DNA of 64,000 nucleotides from Rhodosorus marinus CCMP1338 (Eukaryota > Plantae > Rhodophyta), in the NCBI GenBank assembly GCA_029953675.1, contig JAMWBK010000004.1, forward strand, positions 2,914,001 through 2,978,000, given 5' to 3'. The notes under the pieces were generated by a model. That model was not told the origin of the DNA and did not search any database. It worked only from the letters and a program-made list of their open reading frames with translations. Shown here piece after piece: positions 44,183 through 56,847 of the stretch. Position 1 is the stretch's first letter. Every line of letters starts with the position of its first letter. The position numbers and the translations under genes were made by a program.

Positions 44183-47100
44183 ATGTCTGGGCTTCCGATG
44201 AAAAAGAAGGTTCAGGGGGTTGTGAAAGCGGTATTGTCTGGGGACACTGTGGTGATAGTGAAACCGGGTATGCCGAAGGGTGGGCCGCCGCCTGAGGTGC
44301 GGTTGAGTTTGTCCTCGCTAAAGGCGCCTGCGGTGAAGCCAGGAGGAAGTGGGGGCGATGAACCGTACGCGTGGGCTTCGAGAGAGTTTCTGAGAAAAGC
44401 TCTTGCAGGGAAGAACGTTATGTTTATTGCAGAATATAACGTTCCCCAGTTGAATCGACCAATGGGTACGATATACTGCGAGAATAGCAGTGGTGAGGTT
44501 GAGTCAGTGTCGAGGATGATCCTTAGGGAAGGTCTTGCGAGAGTTCGCAGGCCGAACAACCCGAAGGAAGATCGATCATTCGATTATGAAGAGCTCTGCT
44601 TGTTAGAGGACGACGCCCAAGAGCAGAAAATAGGCCTATTTCAGGAAGGGGATATGCCGCCAGAACTCGGAAGAACCATTCTTGACACACCCGACACTGT
44701 AGACTATCTCACCAAGGTATTTTGGGAACGTTTAGAACCCCTCGCTTACACGGGAAACTCCAGTATTGCTCAAGCACTAGGCACGGTCTCCCGCTCGCTT
44801 CCAGGTACGAGGAAAACCGGTAGAAGGAGTCGTCGACTATATCATCAACGGTAGCGTCATGAAGATCCTCATCCAGGAGAAACCTGGATTCTATAGGCAT
44901 TTGACTGTCTGTCTTTCTGGTAGGTACTCAACTCCGTGATAGCTATGAGCCTTCAGGTTCCAGGTACCCTAGCCACGCGCTGACCTCGTTGCGATCGTAT
45001 TGCAGGCGTCCAGAGCCCGGGTTTCCGGAGACCCGAAACTGAGGATGCGGAAGGTGCCAGTCCACCAGCACTAGTAGCAATGCCCTTCGCCCTGAATGCA
45101 AAGTTCTACACTGAGTCTGTCCTTTTGCAGCGAGACGTGGAGGTTGTCTTCGAGGGTGCTGATAAATCTGGGAATCTCTATGGCCAAGTGAACCAAACCG
45201 GCTCCGCTGTCAGAGTTGGTAAGTGAATTACCTAAGACTTAAAATTTCGGTGTACTGTGGGCGATACGGCGCCATCAAAATCCGCTTGATCTGTCACGGC
45301 TTCTTCTGAGACCTGACCTACGTCACATTCCCGGTCTGCGTAGCCGAGAACTTACTTAGAATGGGATACGCGAAGACGGTGGCGTGGAGCATGCAAATGA
45401 CCTCCAACGCGTCCGTTTTGAGGGCAACAGAAAAATCTGCAATGAAAGCTCGAGTTGGTATATGGCATGACTATGTGCCCAATCCCAACGCTGCTGTTGC
45501 TTCGACGGACGTGTATCACGGGCGCGTGGTGGAAATTTTCTCTGGGGACGTTATCATAGTCGCCGATGACGCAACCGGGGACTTCAGGAGGGTTTGCTTC
45601 GCTTCCCTGAGGTAGGAGTTTTCAGCTTGACTTCCCCCTCTGAAATTTGTAGAGGCCACACTGACAGTACAAGAGCCGATTCAACAGGGCCCCGAAGCTG
45701 GGACGAGGTTCGGATCGGGACATGCCTGTCGCGTGGGAAGCTAGAGAATACCTTCGTCAGAGGCTCATAGGCCGCCGTGTTAAGGTATCTGTGGATTACC
45801 AGCGAAAGCCCCAGCCGGAGTCTCCAATGAAGGATATCATGAGCTACGCAACGATCACAAAGGTAACCTTGCACTGAGCGATTACGATGTGGCACGATGT
45901 GTACAGGCGGCTGGCTGAACAAGCAGACTATCTTCTCCTGAGCGTAGGATCGTGGTGGTAAGGAGAATACGGAGGAAGATATTGGGATGGGTCTCGTTGC
46001 AGGAGGATTTGTTTCGCTGATTCGTCACAGGAGCGACGAAGAGAGAGCTCGGAATTATGAGCAATACGTTCAACTTGAGAAGGAGGCGACCAACGCTAAA
46101 AAAGGGATTCACTCGGTGAGCGTGCTCTGGGTCGAGGGTCGCTCTTCTTTGTTGCCGGACTTGTTTCTGACGGACCTGGAATTCACGCTTCTTCTCTCTA
46201 GGACAAGAATATCCCGGTCAGGCGGGTGAACGATCTCACGGGTTCGGAGAACAAGAAACGCAACAGGGATATGTTGAGTTCCTTCGCAGACTCTGGTCCT
46301 CATAAAGGCATTCTTGAATACGCCAGCACCGGTAGCCGGTACCGAATCTACCTTCCCAGTCATTCGTGCACACTTGCTTTGGCGCTGAAGGGCGTGAGGT
46401 GTCCAGTGCCGTCTAGGACTCTTCATGGAGAATCTGCTGCTCAACCAGGTGCGATGTTTGGTCTGGTATATTGTGCGTGGTTCAGCTGATAGATTTCATC
46501 CTGTTCTGATTATGGTTTGCAATGCTTTCCCCCGTTTGCTTCTCCAGGACAACCGTTCGGAGACGAAGCTCTCCACTTTGTTAAGTTATCCTTTCTCCAG
46601 CGAGATGTGCAGGTCGATATTTCCTCCGTGGACAAAACGGGAGCTTTCCTGGGGACCGTACGGCTTACGGGTCAAACACCGCAGGCGCCAATGATTGACA
46701 TTGGGTTAAGCCTCTTGTCCCACGGGTATGCCTCCCTCAACGAGTTTTTTGATCCGGACAGGGACGAAGGAGGACAAATCTACTCCAAGACGCAGGAAGA
46801 CGCCAAAACGGCTGACAAGGGGATTTGGAAGGATTATAAAGTACAGGAGGCCGCCGCACAGAAAGAGATCGAAGCGCAGCAAACTGCTGGGCAGGTAAGT
46901 GGCAGGTCGTCGTGAACTTAACGGTATGGTACTAGATGACGCTGACCATGTAGTACGCGAACAGGTTCGCGGCAGAGTTGTTGACGTTGGCTACGGAGGC
47001 AAGATTGTGCTGCACGCTGGTGTCCCCAACGTGGAAGAGAGCATCCGCATTCTCGAGACCTCGTTAGCCACTCTGGATGTGGGCGATTCGAATCTGCCGA

Positions 47101-47693
47101 TTTCGATGATTAAACCTGGAGACGGCTATGCCGGGAAATCGGCATACGATGGGAGTTGGTACCGCTGTCGAGTCTACAGCATTGACGCCAACTCTGGCAA
47201 AGCCAAAGTTCGCTTTATTGACTACGGGATTGACGACGTTGTCTCCGCGCGTGACCTAAAGAGGCTCCCCAGCGAGGCTAGCGGAATCCCAAAGTTGGCC
47301 TTTCCGATTCGCTTCCAGTACGTGGTAGTACCCGGAGACGGTGACGACTACGGAATTGATGCTGGACAGTACCTTAGGGAACTTGTCTATGGAAAGGAGG
47401 TAACGGCAGAAGTCGCTTACAGAGATAGCGATGGCACAGCCATTGCCACCGTCAGCCTCGATGGAAAAGACGTTGCATCAGAGATGCTCAAGGTTGGCCT
47501 AGCGAGAGTCCTTCGACAGTACAACCGGCACTCGAAGGCCGCATTCGAGAAATACGCCGCCGACGAGGAAATTGGCAAGAAGACCCACAACTACCTCTGG
47601 GTTCATGGAGACCCTTATGGATCAGATGAGGACGACGCAGAGGCTGATAAGGAAGCGCGTGAGAGACGCTACGGAGGCGTTCCACGAAAATAG
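44183..47693 (+). CDS. SND1: Tudor staphylococcal nuclease (SND1/Tudor-SN), multi-exon
   Basis: GVVKAVLSGDT, LSLSSLKAP, EPYAWASREFLRK (SN1); repeated SN domains (VVEIFSGD, AWEAREYLRR, QPFGDEAL); Tudor domain DGSWYRCRV..VRFIDYG; C-terminal YLWVHGD. Confidence 0.96.
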
Positions 47694-48236
47694 GTATAGA
47701 GGCCTCACGTAGATACTAGGACAAGCGAATGTAAGGAGACTGTCTATGTTTAACCAGCGACAAATAAGAGAACGAATACGAAACTCGACAAGAAAATAGA
47801 AGTCACCAACAGAGAGCGGCCATATTTTGAATCAGCTCTTACTGCCGAGCTTCTCTTTGGAGCCTGGTAAGTCTCTTAATCCCACCCTTACTATGAGCTC
47901 AGTGCGTGGAACAGCGATACGCACTCCATTAGGCGTGGCAGGGTCTCGAGCTTTATATGAGCCTCGGGACGTCGACGTCGTCAAAGCTCATTGTTTGACG
48001 GCAGCAGAAGTTGCTTCCACATTTTCGGTCCGAGTGTCCACGGATAACACTCAAGGCCGAGCCTTCCACTTGCGAATCGAGAGCATTTCCCACTGAGGCG
48101 CTACCGGTTATCCTTCAGAGTAGATTCAGAAAACATCCCCTCCACCGTTAGAAAATTGGCCGCCCAACTCCTCGAAGTACGGACGAACATATTTTGATGG
48201 GCCCGAGCGCAAACCGAACGGTTCACTACCTACCAG

Positions 48237-48817
48237 CTAGAAACAAGGCAGGTTTCGCACGACGGCATCAAGCTTTTTGGAGAAGGCTTTGCTCGTGATT
48301 TGACTTCCAGGTTCATATAAGGGATTCTTGACGACGTAGTCAAGGTAAACCTCGCCATACAATCTTCTTAGAACTCTGGCTACATCGGAGTTGCCAAAGT
48401 CGGGTGTAGTTAGCAGAATAAATCGAAGGCCAGTTGGGGTATCAAAGTAGTGCAGAGCGTAATATGGCGTCATATAATACTTTGGCGGGTTAGCTGCACT
48501 ATGTTCGTTCACGAGACCATCAGGAAACATGTGGAACAAGAAGAAAGTTAACAAGAAAGCGTCAGTTCTCTCCGAGCGGCAGAGATTCCATCGGACATCC
48601 TGTTTCGTACAAGAACCAAGAATCAACTAAAAAACATCTAGTCTATCGCTTACTCTTTTGGTGACAGTTTTGTACAAAAGTTCTTCAGCTCGAACAGCAT
48701 TCCAAACATCAGCTTGCAGTGCTCATCAAAGTTCTTCACTTTTCGGCTTCGGTTCCATTCCGCGTAAAATAAGCATACACCGTCTCGATTAAACAGATAA
48801 AAACAATGCACTGTCAT
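48237..48817 (-). CDS. TRAPPC1: TRAPP complex subunit 1 (Bet5)
   Basis: MTVHCFYLFNRDGVCLFYAEW..KLMFGMLFELKNFCTKLSPKD|AANPPKYYMTPYYALHYFDTPTG..YVVKNPL..LDAVVRNLPCF*, co-linear with human TRAPPC1. One GT-AG intron starting at 48653. Confidence 0.92.
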
Positions 48818-49597
48818 GCTCTGGTCCCAAACCCAAAACCCACATAACTTGATCCGATCACGAGCTCCAGTTTTTGTACTACGTGCATCAACTCCTCAAC
48901 CTCTCTAAGTCGAAGACCAGCCAAAACACTTCACACCAGGCAAAACTTCAAGAGCGCTGCAAACAATGCCAAAACCCCGATTTATATATATATTTTTCCA
49001 GTCTGGGTACTAAGGCTTCAGCTTATCTTGAATGTTGTTGAGTGGATCCGACTCCCTAAAGGGGGATGGATACCTTGAAACGAGTAACGTGAAAGTATCG
49101 ACCGTCCCTGGATCACGAGCATGCACACTCTTTGGGAAATATGGGTGGTCTTTTGATCAGGGGGATCGACCCAATGGATGCAAGTACTTGGCGCTTGTGG
49201 AAGATTAGATTCGTAGTTTTAATCAGTTTGTGAATGTTAGTACATCTGGAAATTCCATGCAGACCTGGATCAGTCCCCGGATCTTCATAGTGACCCTTCT
49301 CTCGACGTTCGGCCGTCAGCTACGCAGGAAAGCGACTATTTCTCCGAGAATCCGAGTTTCAATCACAATGCTCTTTCAGAAGCGACAATGAAACAACTTC
49401 GCATCCCGGTTTGCGTTCAGTTCGGGATGGCTGCGGTTCGCTTCCGTCAAACAACGGAGTGGAGGCCTGATCCTTCGACGTCACGGCAAGATGGGCAGAC
49501 AATGATAATCGCTGCGCTACTACAAATTGTTGCATCTCTACTCACAGGATGAACAGCCAAACTTGAGCAACGGAACCCATGGTATCCGCTGAGTTAG

Positions 49598-51521
49598 CTA
49601 TTTTACACTGAAAAGCTGTTTGGCGGACAAAGGCTCGAAGCCCCACCGCCAGAGGGCAAGAACAGCAGATCTATCCCTTCTCCAGGGGGGGTACGAGCTC
49701 ACGCTCGCAATTTTCGAAACGACTTGCTCCAGTGCTTCTTCTTCGGTTTTGGCTGTTGTGATCTGTTCAGAAATGGCAAGGTCACTGTTGTTAGTACATC
49801 GGCACACTTTCTCGATACCAACTTACAATGAGAACCAGGCATACTTGAGTTCATCCAGTTCTCGTGCAGCCTTCTCTGCCTCCATCGTGATTGTACCCAG
49901 CAACATCTTCGTACTAGACAATTCTGCGTGGAGCTCCGACTCCTGAGGTTCTCTGCTAACTTCTTTCTGGGCAGCAGAGAACTCTTCCTCCAGTGCCTCA
50001 AGGGCATCTTTCAACTCTTGAAACTCCTCCTCCAACTAGGGTCCCCCAAAAAGCATTAAAACCTGTCAGGAAATCGACTCTGAAGCTGTGCAATACTCAA
50101 CGATGCTACCACTACCTCCTGAACGTCCAGCCTCTCCTCTCTCCTAAGGTTCTCATTTAACACCACTTCTTGCAGCTCCTCATTTTCTTCAGTTAACATC
50201 TGATGATCCTCAGTCAAAAGCTCCAGTTCAACTCGTAGTTTTTCCAGCTCCAGCTCCTGCTCCACTCCATCTTCAATTTCATGATTATCCATTGCCTATC
50301 GTAACAAAAAAAAAGCGAAACCAGTCGTACCATACGTCAGACATGTGCGATAGATAGAATGAGAATGCTACATCATCACTAAACAGATCCAGTATCGGCG
50401 TTCCAGAGGCAGTCCACCCAGGAAACATTCTGCTGTGACGGAACTGCATATGCCAAGACTTAGCATTCGGCGTCTTCTTCCGCGTGGAACTGTGAAGAAC
50501 GTTGCAAAGAAAAATGCTCACCTCTAGTTGCTCTCGTACATGCTCTATCTGTGTTCTAAGGTTCGCTTCGTCTTCCGCATCCACTTCCAGGGTCTTTGAA
50601 AGTTGTTCATTGCTTCTCAACACGAGCTCAATGTTCTTCACAGTCTGGGGGGGGAGGGAAAACCGGCAATCTCGCGTCTGGTTAGGCCTAGAAGTCTGGA
50701 TTGAAAGAACAATGATCAAGTTCGCATACTGGTGGTAAATCGCCGGCCACTATCAACCCAATCTTTTCGTCGGCGGACATTTCTTTGTCTTCGCCCGGAG
50801 GAAGTTTTGTTGAGGCCAGAAAATCTTGATCGTCTCCGAATTCCAGATCGTTCAGATCGTCCAAATCTGTATCTCCAACCCTGCTAAGGCCTCCGGAGCC
50901 AGTCGTCATGGCGGAGAACAGAGACGATGGGCCTGTACTGCGACCAGACTTGACTAAACTTGAAGCAATCCGGACGTAAAGGAACACTCCGTTGGTCATT
51001 TTCAACTTCACATCGATTTCCCCACTCGGAGCCTGAAAAACCAGCAACGAGAACACCGTCCGTCAATCAGCTAAAGGACTACGGAGGGTGCTCTTCAGCC
51101 ACGGCCCTAATTCTTCTTCTTGCAGTATTCCACACACCTTTGCATACTTTCCAAGATCCACGTGTATTTTCGCTGCCGTTTTGCCGTTCATGCGACCTAA
51201 TCGTACAGCGATTTTCACTTGCTTGTTCTGGAACTCAAGAGCGTCCTCCGGTCGGAAAAGAGTTGCATCCATCGATAACCGCTCAGATAGATTTGCGCAG
51301 CCGTTTCTATCGGACCGAAAGCTTTCAGAGCTCTGCAGCTTGTCCCTACGCTCTAGGATAAGTACGTACTCCGTATCCTCCTCCTTTGGCAAGTTTTCAA
51401 TCTTGGAGAAATCCAAATTGAAATAAAACTTGTGCGGTATCTGCATCTTGTGACCCATCGTGGTCACCTGAGCGCCTACACGACCTAAACGCTTCCCCCC
51501 TTTATCTAAGAACCGATTCAT
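49598..51521 (-). CDS. N-terminal C2 (NT-C2, EEIG1/EHBP1-type) domain protein with a C-terminal coiled coil, multi-exon; 3' end uncertain
   Basis: HKFYFNLDFSKIENLP..LILERRDK..LSMDATLFR..FQNKQVKIAV..AAKIHVDLGKYAK (NT-C2), followed by Glu/Leu-rich heptad exons. ATG at 51521. Confidence 0.8.
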
Positions 51522-52114
51522 GTTGCCCGAATCCGTATTCCCGAAACCCTTTTGCAAAGTGCTAAACAACCAGTAGCTACATTCTCATGCACCAATGCAA
51601 CCTATGGCCAGATTTCTATCTTATTAAAATAACTTAGATATACAGATGCTATTCCTATACTCCTTATCAAGTCATCTAGCGTAGTTTCAACCCTCTTCCT
51701 CCGCAACCATCCTCACCAATGCCAACCAACTCCATCCCTTGCAACCCCAAAAACCCTCTGAGTATATACCAGATATGTCCAACATTGCTCTCAGCAGTTG
51801 AACACTGACTAAAAACTTCAAAAAGTAAGGAACTAAAGGCCAACCAATATTTCAAAAACAACAATACAGAAAATACACTTTCTCACCTTATGATCTAAAA
51901 ATAAACCAATATTACATTTACTCCTAATGAATACACAAGTAAAAATTGCAGTGTTAATTTTTCTTCTTTATTTTATTGGATTAGAGTATGAATGGGGGAA
52001 ATTATACTCTATACAGCTTGATTTCTAAATAAAAAGCGGGTATTTTGGGCGAATGGTTTTGCTTGGTAGCTGTGTGTTTGCTTCCTGTTGTCGAAGTTGA
52101 GATGATACTTATAG

Positions 52115-52259
52115 TAGGATTGTGCCAAGCGGGTCGGGTTTTGGCCGAGTACGTCGGGTTTTTCGCTTTTTACCCCTCTAACCCCTCCCCTGTTTTCGCG
52201 GTTTTAACCACTTCTGGGTCGTAAACAGCGAAAAACCCGACCTGCTTGGCACAACCCTA
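52115..52259. mobile_element. MITE (145 bp), non-autonomous TIR element, hAT-like TAGG termini
   Basis: 28-bp TIRs TAGG(A/G)TTGTGCCAAGC(G/A)GGTCGGGTTTT (26/28); flanking direct repeat CTTATAG at 52108-52114 and 52260-52266; internal subterminal repeat GTCGGGTTTTTCGCT; no ORF. Confidence 0.88.
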
Positions 52260-52850
52260 CTTATAGAGTTGTGAGGGAGGGCATCTCTTCGCTGGGTTGT
52301 CCCTGTTCTTCAGGAGAGCAGCCAACCCGGGGACTATTTATGACGAGTGTACTTGTTTGCGAATTTGGAAGGTTTCCTTCTAGGACAGGGGCGAACTCTG
52401 CTGGCCGCAGTTGTGTCTGAATGGTCTTGTATTTTGTTGAATAGACACATCTAGCACTGCTACATGAAGAAAATTGTTTACGTGCTTCGAAAGCAAAGAA
52501 CGAGATTTAGGTCGAGGTTTTTCAGCAACAACTGACCTTGCTGTGGAGATCACGCAAACCTCCTCGGCAGGTGGCTGAAACCAAGTCTCTCTTCGGAAAC
52601 GATAAAATCCCCCTTGTACATCGTCTCTCATCTAGACATGTAGTTTCTATTATGAAACCTTGCTATGAACCCGCCGCAACTTCCGCCGACCCAACCAAAG
52701 AAATTGTGCATAATATCTAAATTAAAGATCCCAAACAAAATAGTCCTTTATTATTGAATAATTGAAGGGTGTGGTCATAATTTTGAAGACAAGTCATCTA
52801 AACATTCTTTAATTAAGAGTCAGCTGGGTACCTTCGGGTTGTTTGGTCAT

Positions 52851-54217
52851 TCACTTGTAAACGATGGATTCGGATTGAATGGAGGTTCTGACATTCGCGG
52901 GGAGCCCCAGGAGGCCCAGGAAAGACATCCCATCCAGAAATCTGAGAGTTTCTCGACCGTTGTGTAGGTCAGAGTCTAGTTTCTCATTGATTTCATCGGC
53001 TGTCAAGTTGGTAACAAGTTTGCTGTCTGAAGAAACAAGGAATCCTAACGGTGTCCCGTACGTTGGGATGAAGGAAGAGAATGGAATCACCTCTTCGAAA
53101 AGAGTTTCTGCGATTGGCAAAGAAAGATTTGTCAACGTCGGGACGATGAAAACAGGGTCCGTCTGCATTGAATATACTTACTTAGCGTGTTCGCGACTCT
53201 CGGGAACACTTTTTCCTCTAGAAGTGAGATCGTTCCTGCTTGGGTGACGTAGACCCCAGACTTATTGAGACACCGCTTGACCTTCTCATAGAAGCTCCGT
53301 GTGAATAGCTCGATACTAGGGCCGTTCTCTATGGGATCGGTCAAATCCCCAATGATCACGTCGTACTTCTCATCCGTCTCATCTATGTACTTCAATGCAT
53401 CTCCGATAATCAATTTGCACCTCTCATCATCCGAGCAATCCTTTACGAACACAGTAACCACTTTGTGAGATCCTCTCCGCAAACACGACGGCTGCAGCTC
53501 CAAACCCAAAAGGATAAGGGAGAGAAACCTACCTGAGCGATCTCGGGTAGGTACTTTGCACATAGTTCAACGACGTCACCATCAATATCAATGACGACGA
53601 CCTGCTCGACACTTTTCCACTTGAGTGCTTCCCTAGCGGCTCCTAAATCTGCTCCTCCAAGGATCAAAACCTACAGGAAGTAACGGCGTTGACCCAGAAG
53701 CAGACACTAAGCACACACATCCACGTGCGTCAAAACTAACCATCCCAATGCGTCTGACTTGTTCTTCACCTTCTTTGGGCTACCGTGTAGAAAAGACGGC
53801 AGATGGATAATAGGTTCGTGATAGAGGTATTCATCTCCAGTTGTAGTTTGAATACGCCCATCTAACACCAGTGCTTTTCCATATGGTCCAATGTCGGCGA
53901 TGATCATCGACTGTGAACACGGTTAAACGCGTTTTCGACTCTTTCATCAATTAGTGAACCTCAAACCTAGACGAGCCGTTGAGAGGTTTGTGAAAAAGAG
54001 TCTGTGAGCTCACCTGATACTTTGTCTGCTTGGAGGCGTAAAGTTGTTTCACTCCATGACTGACAGTGCCGTATGGAGTCAAGTGCTCTGTTATCCACAA
54101 ACAGGTCTCTCTCTCCTTTCATTCGATAGTGAAACAAGAAAAACGTTCATCCTCAGTCCAGAGCGAGAAAGAAACAACCACGAACGAATGATTCTAATCC
54201 CTTACAGAATCGTCCAT
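52851..54217 (-). CDS. Aminopropyltransferase, thermospermine synthase (ACL5)-like, multi-exon
   Basis: LWITEH..KQTKYQ|SMIIAD..YGKALVLDGRIQTT..DEYLYHE; ILGGADLGAAREALKW; YDVIIGDLTDPIENGP..LFTRSFY..LNKSGVYVTQAG (ACL5: GDLADPVEGGP..LYTKSFY..GIFVTQAG). The start at 54217 is inferred through a micro-exon MDDS|. Confidence 0.85.
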
Positions 54218-54930
54218 TAACAAAAGCACGAGAACTAACTTCTTTCTGGGTATTCCCAGGAACACTTGGATGATTAATTCAGCAGAAGCAACGCTTCTCT
54301 CTCAGGTTCTTCTTGAGCCTCAAACTCGCGTATACAAAAGGAGTCCACCCCAAACACATCAAAGCTTGTCCTCCGAGATCCGATCGGGAAACGTGTCGTC
54401 GTTCCCCACTGAGATATTGTCGATGCACAACCGCGATGCTCAGCAAGGCTACAGGGGAAGGTCAGTGGATGGATGATGAAGTGCTTCTCGTTACTGATAG
54501 TCTCGAATTGCAAGAGGAACTGGTTTCCATTTCTGCCATTATACATTTGTGTGAACTGGTGCTTTTGGGGGATAGTCTCTCTACAAAAAGGGATTTGCGT
54601 AAGGGCAGAATCGATGGAAACGGTGCGAGCAGGTTTCGACATCGTGTCATGTCGAGAATGCATCTTGCTCATTGGAGGTTAGGTTTATTTCACACTGTGT
54701 TGGTGTCTTAGTCATAGTTAGGTCGAAGCGCTTTAGGTGCCGATCACCATCGTTTCGGACGGGTAGACTTGAACTTTCAACAGGATGTGCAGCCATTGCG
54801 GAGAGGGATATGCGCATGGGTTCATCGTGCTTAGTCGCCTTGAGCTATGAGGCAAAAGCTCAGAACACCGCGTTATATAGACCCGATATAAAACCCCGTT
54901 TCATTTGCTTCGCATGGAAGCGCACTCTAG

Positions 54931-55212
54931 TTACGTACTGGTGACATGGGTGTTAGCGTCGCCTCGACCCCGAGCGCGCTGGCTACCCGTTCGTACAGCT
55001 CTGAGGAATCTTTTGGTTTTCTGTCCAGAGTTGCTGTTGCCCAGGACGGGAATTTTCGTTTTCTTTCTTTTCCCTAATCTGTGAAGGGCATTACAGTTCA
55101 GCTTCTGGTCGGTGGGAGATTGAGATACATCAAGGCTCTCCAAACTCAATCGCGGGGTATCAGCTTCTGGAGAACACAATTCGGTCGAACATTTTCCGCA
55201 AACTAAGCGCAT
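54931..55212 (-). CDS. Hypothetical protein with N-terminal CxxC (possible first exon of a gene running to ~54274)
   Basis: ATG 55212 MRLVCGKCSTELC...; GTACGT/GTAACT donor-like site near 54935; downstream protein-like frames 54820-54274. Confidence 0.3.
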   Translation of the reverse strand: MRLVCGKCSTELCSPEADTPRLSLESLDVSQSPTDQKLNCNALHRLGKRKKTKIPVLGNSNSGQKTKRFLRAVRTGSQRARGRGDANTHVTST

Positions 55213-56847
55213 GTGATGTTCGCTGGAGACATGTACGCAGGACCCCTATTCAGCGTTTTTACGTTTGTAGCCTAGAGAATCCCTCAAAAGCATGCAAACT
55301 ACTTTGCTGCTGACATTTACTAGCTAGCGGTCCACCTGCACTGTTGCTGAGGGTTCTCAACATGTTCGATGCGTTCTCCCGGACATTGTAAAAAAAAGCA
55401 CGAGATTGGGAAACTAGCTTGAGTATCTAAGAACGGCTTGTTTCGAACTTGGAGGTGCAATCGTGTAAGCGGAAGCGCTACCACTTGGTTCCCAGTATTT
55501 GTTTTTGGGGGTGCGTAGCGGTTGCAGTTTTTACTCTCGAAGAGCGCAACAATATAGGTCATCTGTGGGGGAACTCACTTTCTCGTGCTTGCGGAAATAG
55601 ATCCACACTTGCAGGTGGAGGGCCCAAGCCTCAGCTATGGAATGGAATGGTCCGTTTGGAGGATTTTACACAGATTTCATCCGGACGATGGACTCAGAGC
55701 AAGGAGCCACCAACAGAGCCAAAAACATAAGACGGCAGACCGTCTTGAGATTTCCAAGACGGTGCTGATTTCCCCGGGGCAAGATATGTCCTCCTATAAG
55801 AATTAAGCTGCCTATGCGGAGATTGAAAAAAATAAAAGAGTGTACTAGCACTGCAGTTCTCCGATGTATTCTGACATCACTCTATGCCACTGAACGTAAG
55901 CCACTTAAACAGTGCTGAAGTGCACGGGCCCCTCACGAGACGCCTTGGGGGCCGCGACCATTCTCCTGGCCTTCCAATCTTTTGAAGGGAACAATGGAAG
56001 ACAAAAAAAAAACGGACAAACTTTGCAATTCTCCCCCCCCCTTCCCATAGCACTATAAAAGTGATTTTTGCTTAAAATAAAAATCAAATCAAATCATTGG
56101 AGTAGGATCACGCAAAAAAGAAACCCCTTCATACGAAGGGAAATTTCACGAGCTGACGCCTTGACCAGAATTTAGTCATTTTCCGGTAAAAAAAGGTTGA
56201 AATATGTTAATATTCGACAGCAAAGAAAAGTACTTTTGCTTTTCGTTGGTGTTTTATTTGATCGACCTCAAAATCCAATCTATCTTTCGGGAAATGCGGA
56301 GAACGGTTAATTCAATCAGTTTGTATCGTGCCATCCGTTTACGGTCTGTATTCTATATATAAATTGTTCTGTTGGCGGGTTGCCAAAAATAGATAATGGA
56401 TCATTGCGACTGGAAGTGAAGAAAGTGCGGAAAACGATGAAGTGCAAGGTGGTTGTGCTGATTTTTTGCGCTCATGAGACCATGGTGGAGGTAAGGCACA
56501 CATCGTAGAGGCGATCATTAACTTTGGAGCATAAGATCAAGGGTTGTAGTGTCATCACCTGAGACCTCGGCGCTGTCAACAATTTGACTGGAAGTGTCCC
56601 AATCTTTCTGATTTGGTGGGAGAGAGCTGATTGTAAAGAACTAGATCTATCAGCCAGTCTAATAGAGCGGGTTGTATTTTCTGGAGGACCACGAAATCCC
56701 GGGCAGTTATTCAGAAAGTAGAGATGAGCATATATAGCTCTGCTGCAGATGAGAAACGACGCGAGTGAGCTTGGCGGTCCAAGAAGAGCACGTTACGAGG
56801 CCTCGGTATAGCTTTGGTTACGGAGGTTCTAAACTAAAAACCTAACA

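Noticed and set aside
48499-48653. Apparent non-canonical GT...AT intron in TRAPPC1 (polypyrimidine tract ending CCACAT)
   Set aside because: A canonical downstream acceptor (CATAG|T GCA GCT) restores the frame and matches the length of human TRAPPC1 exactly.
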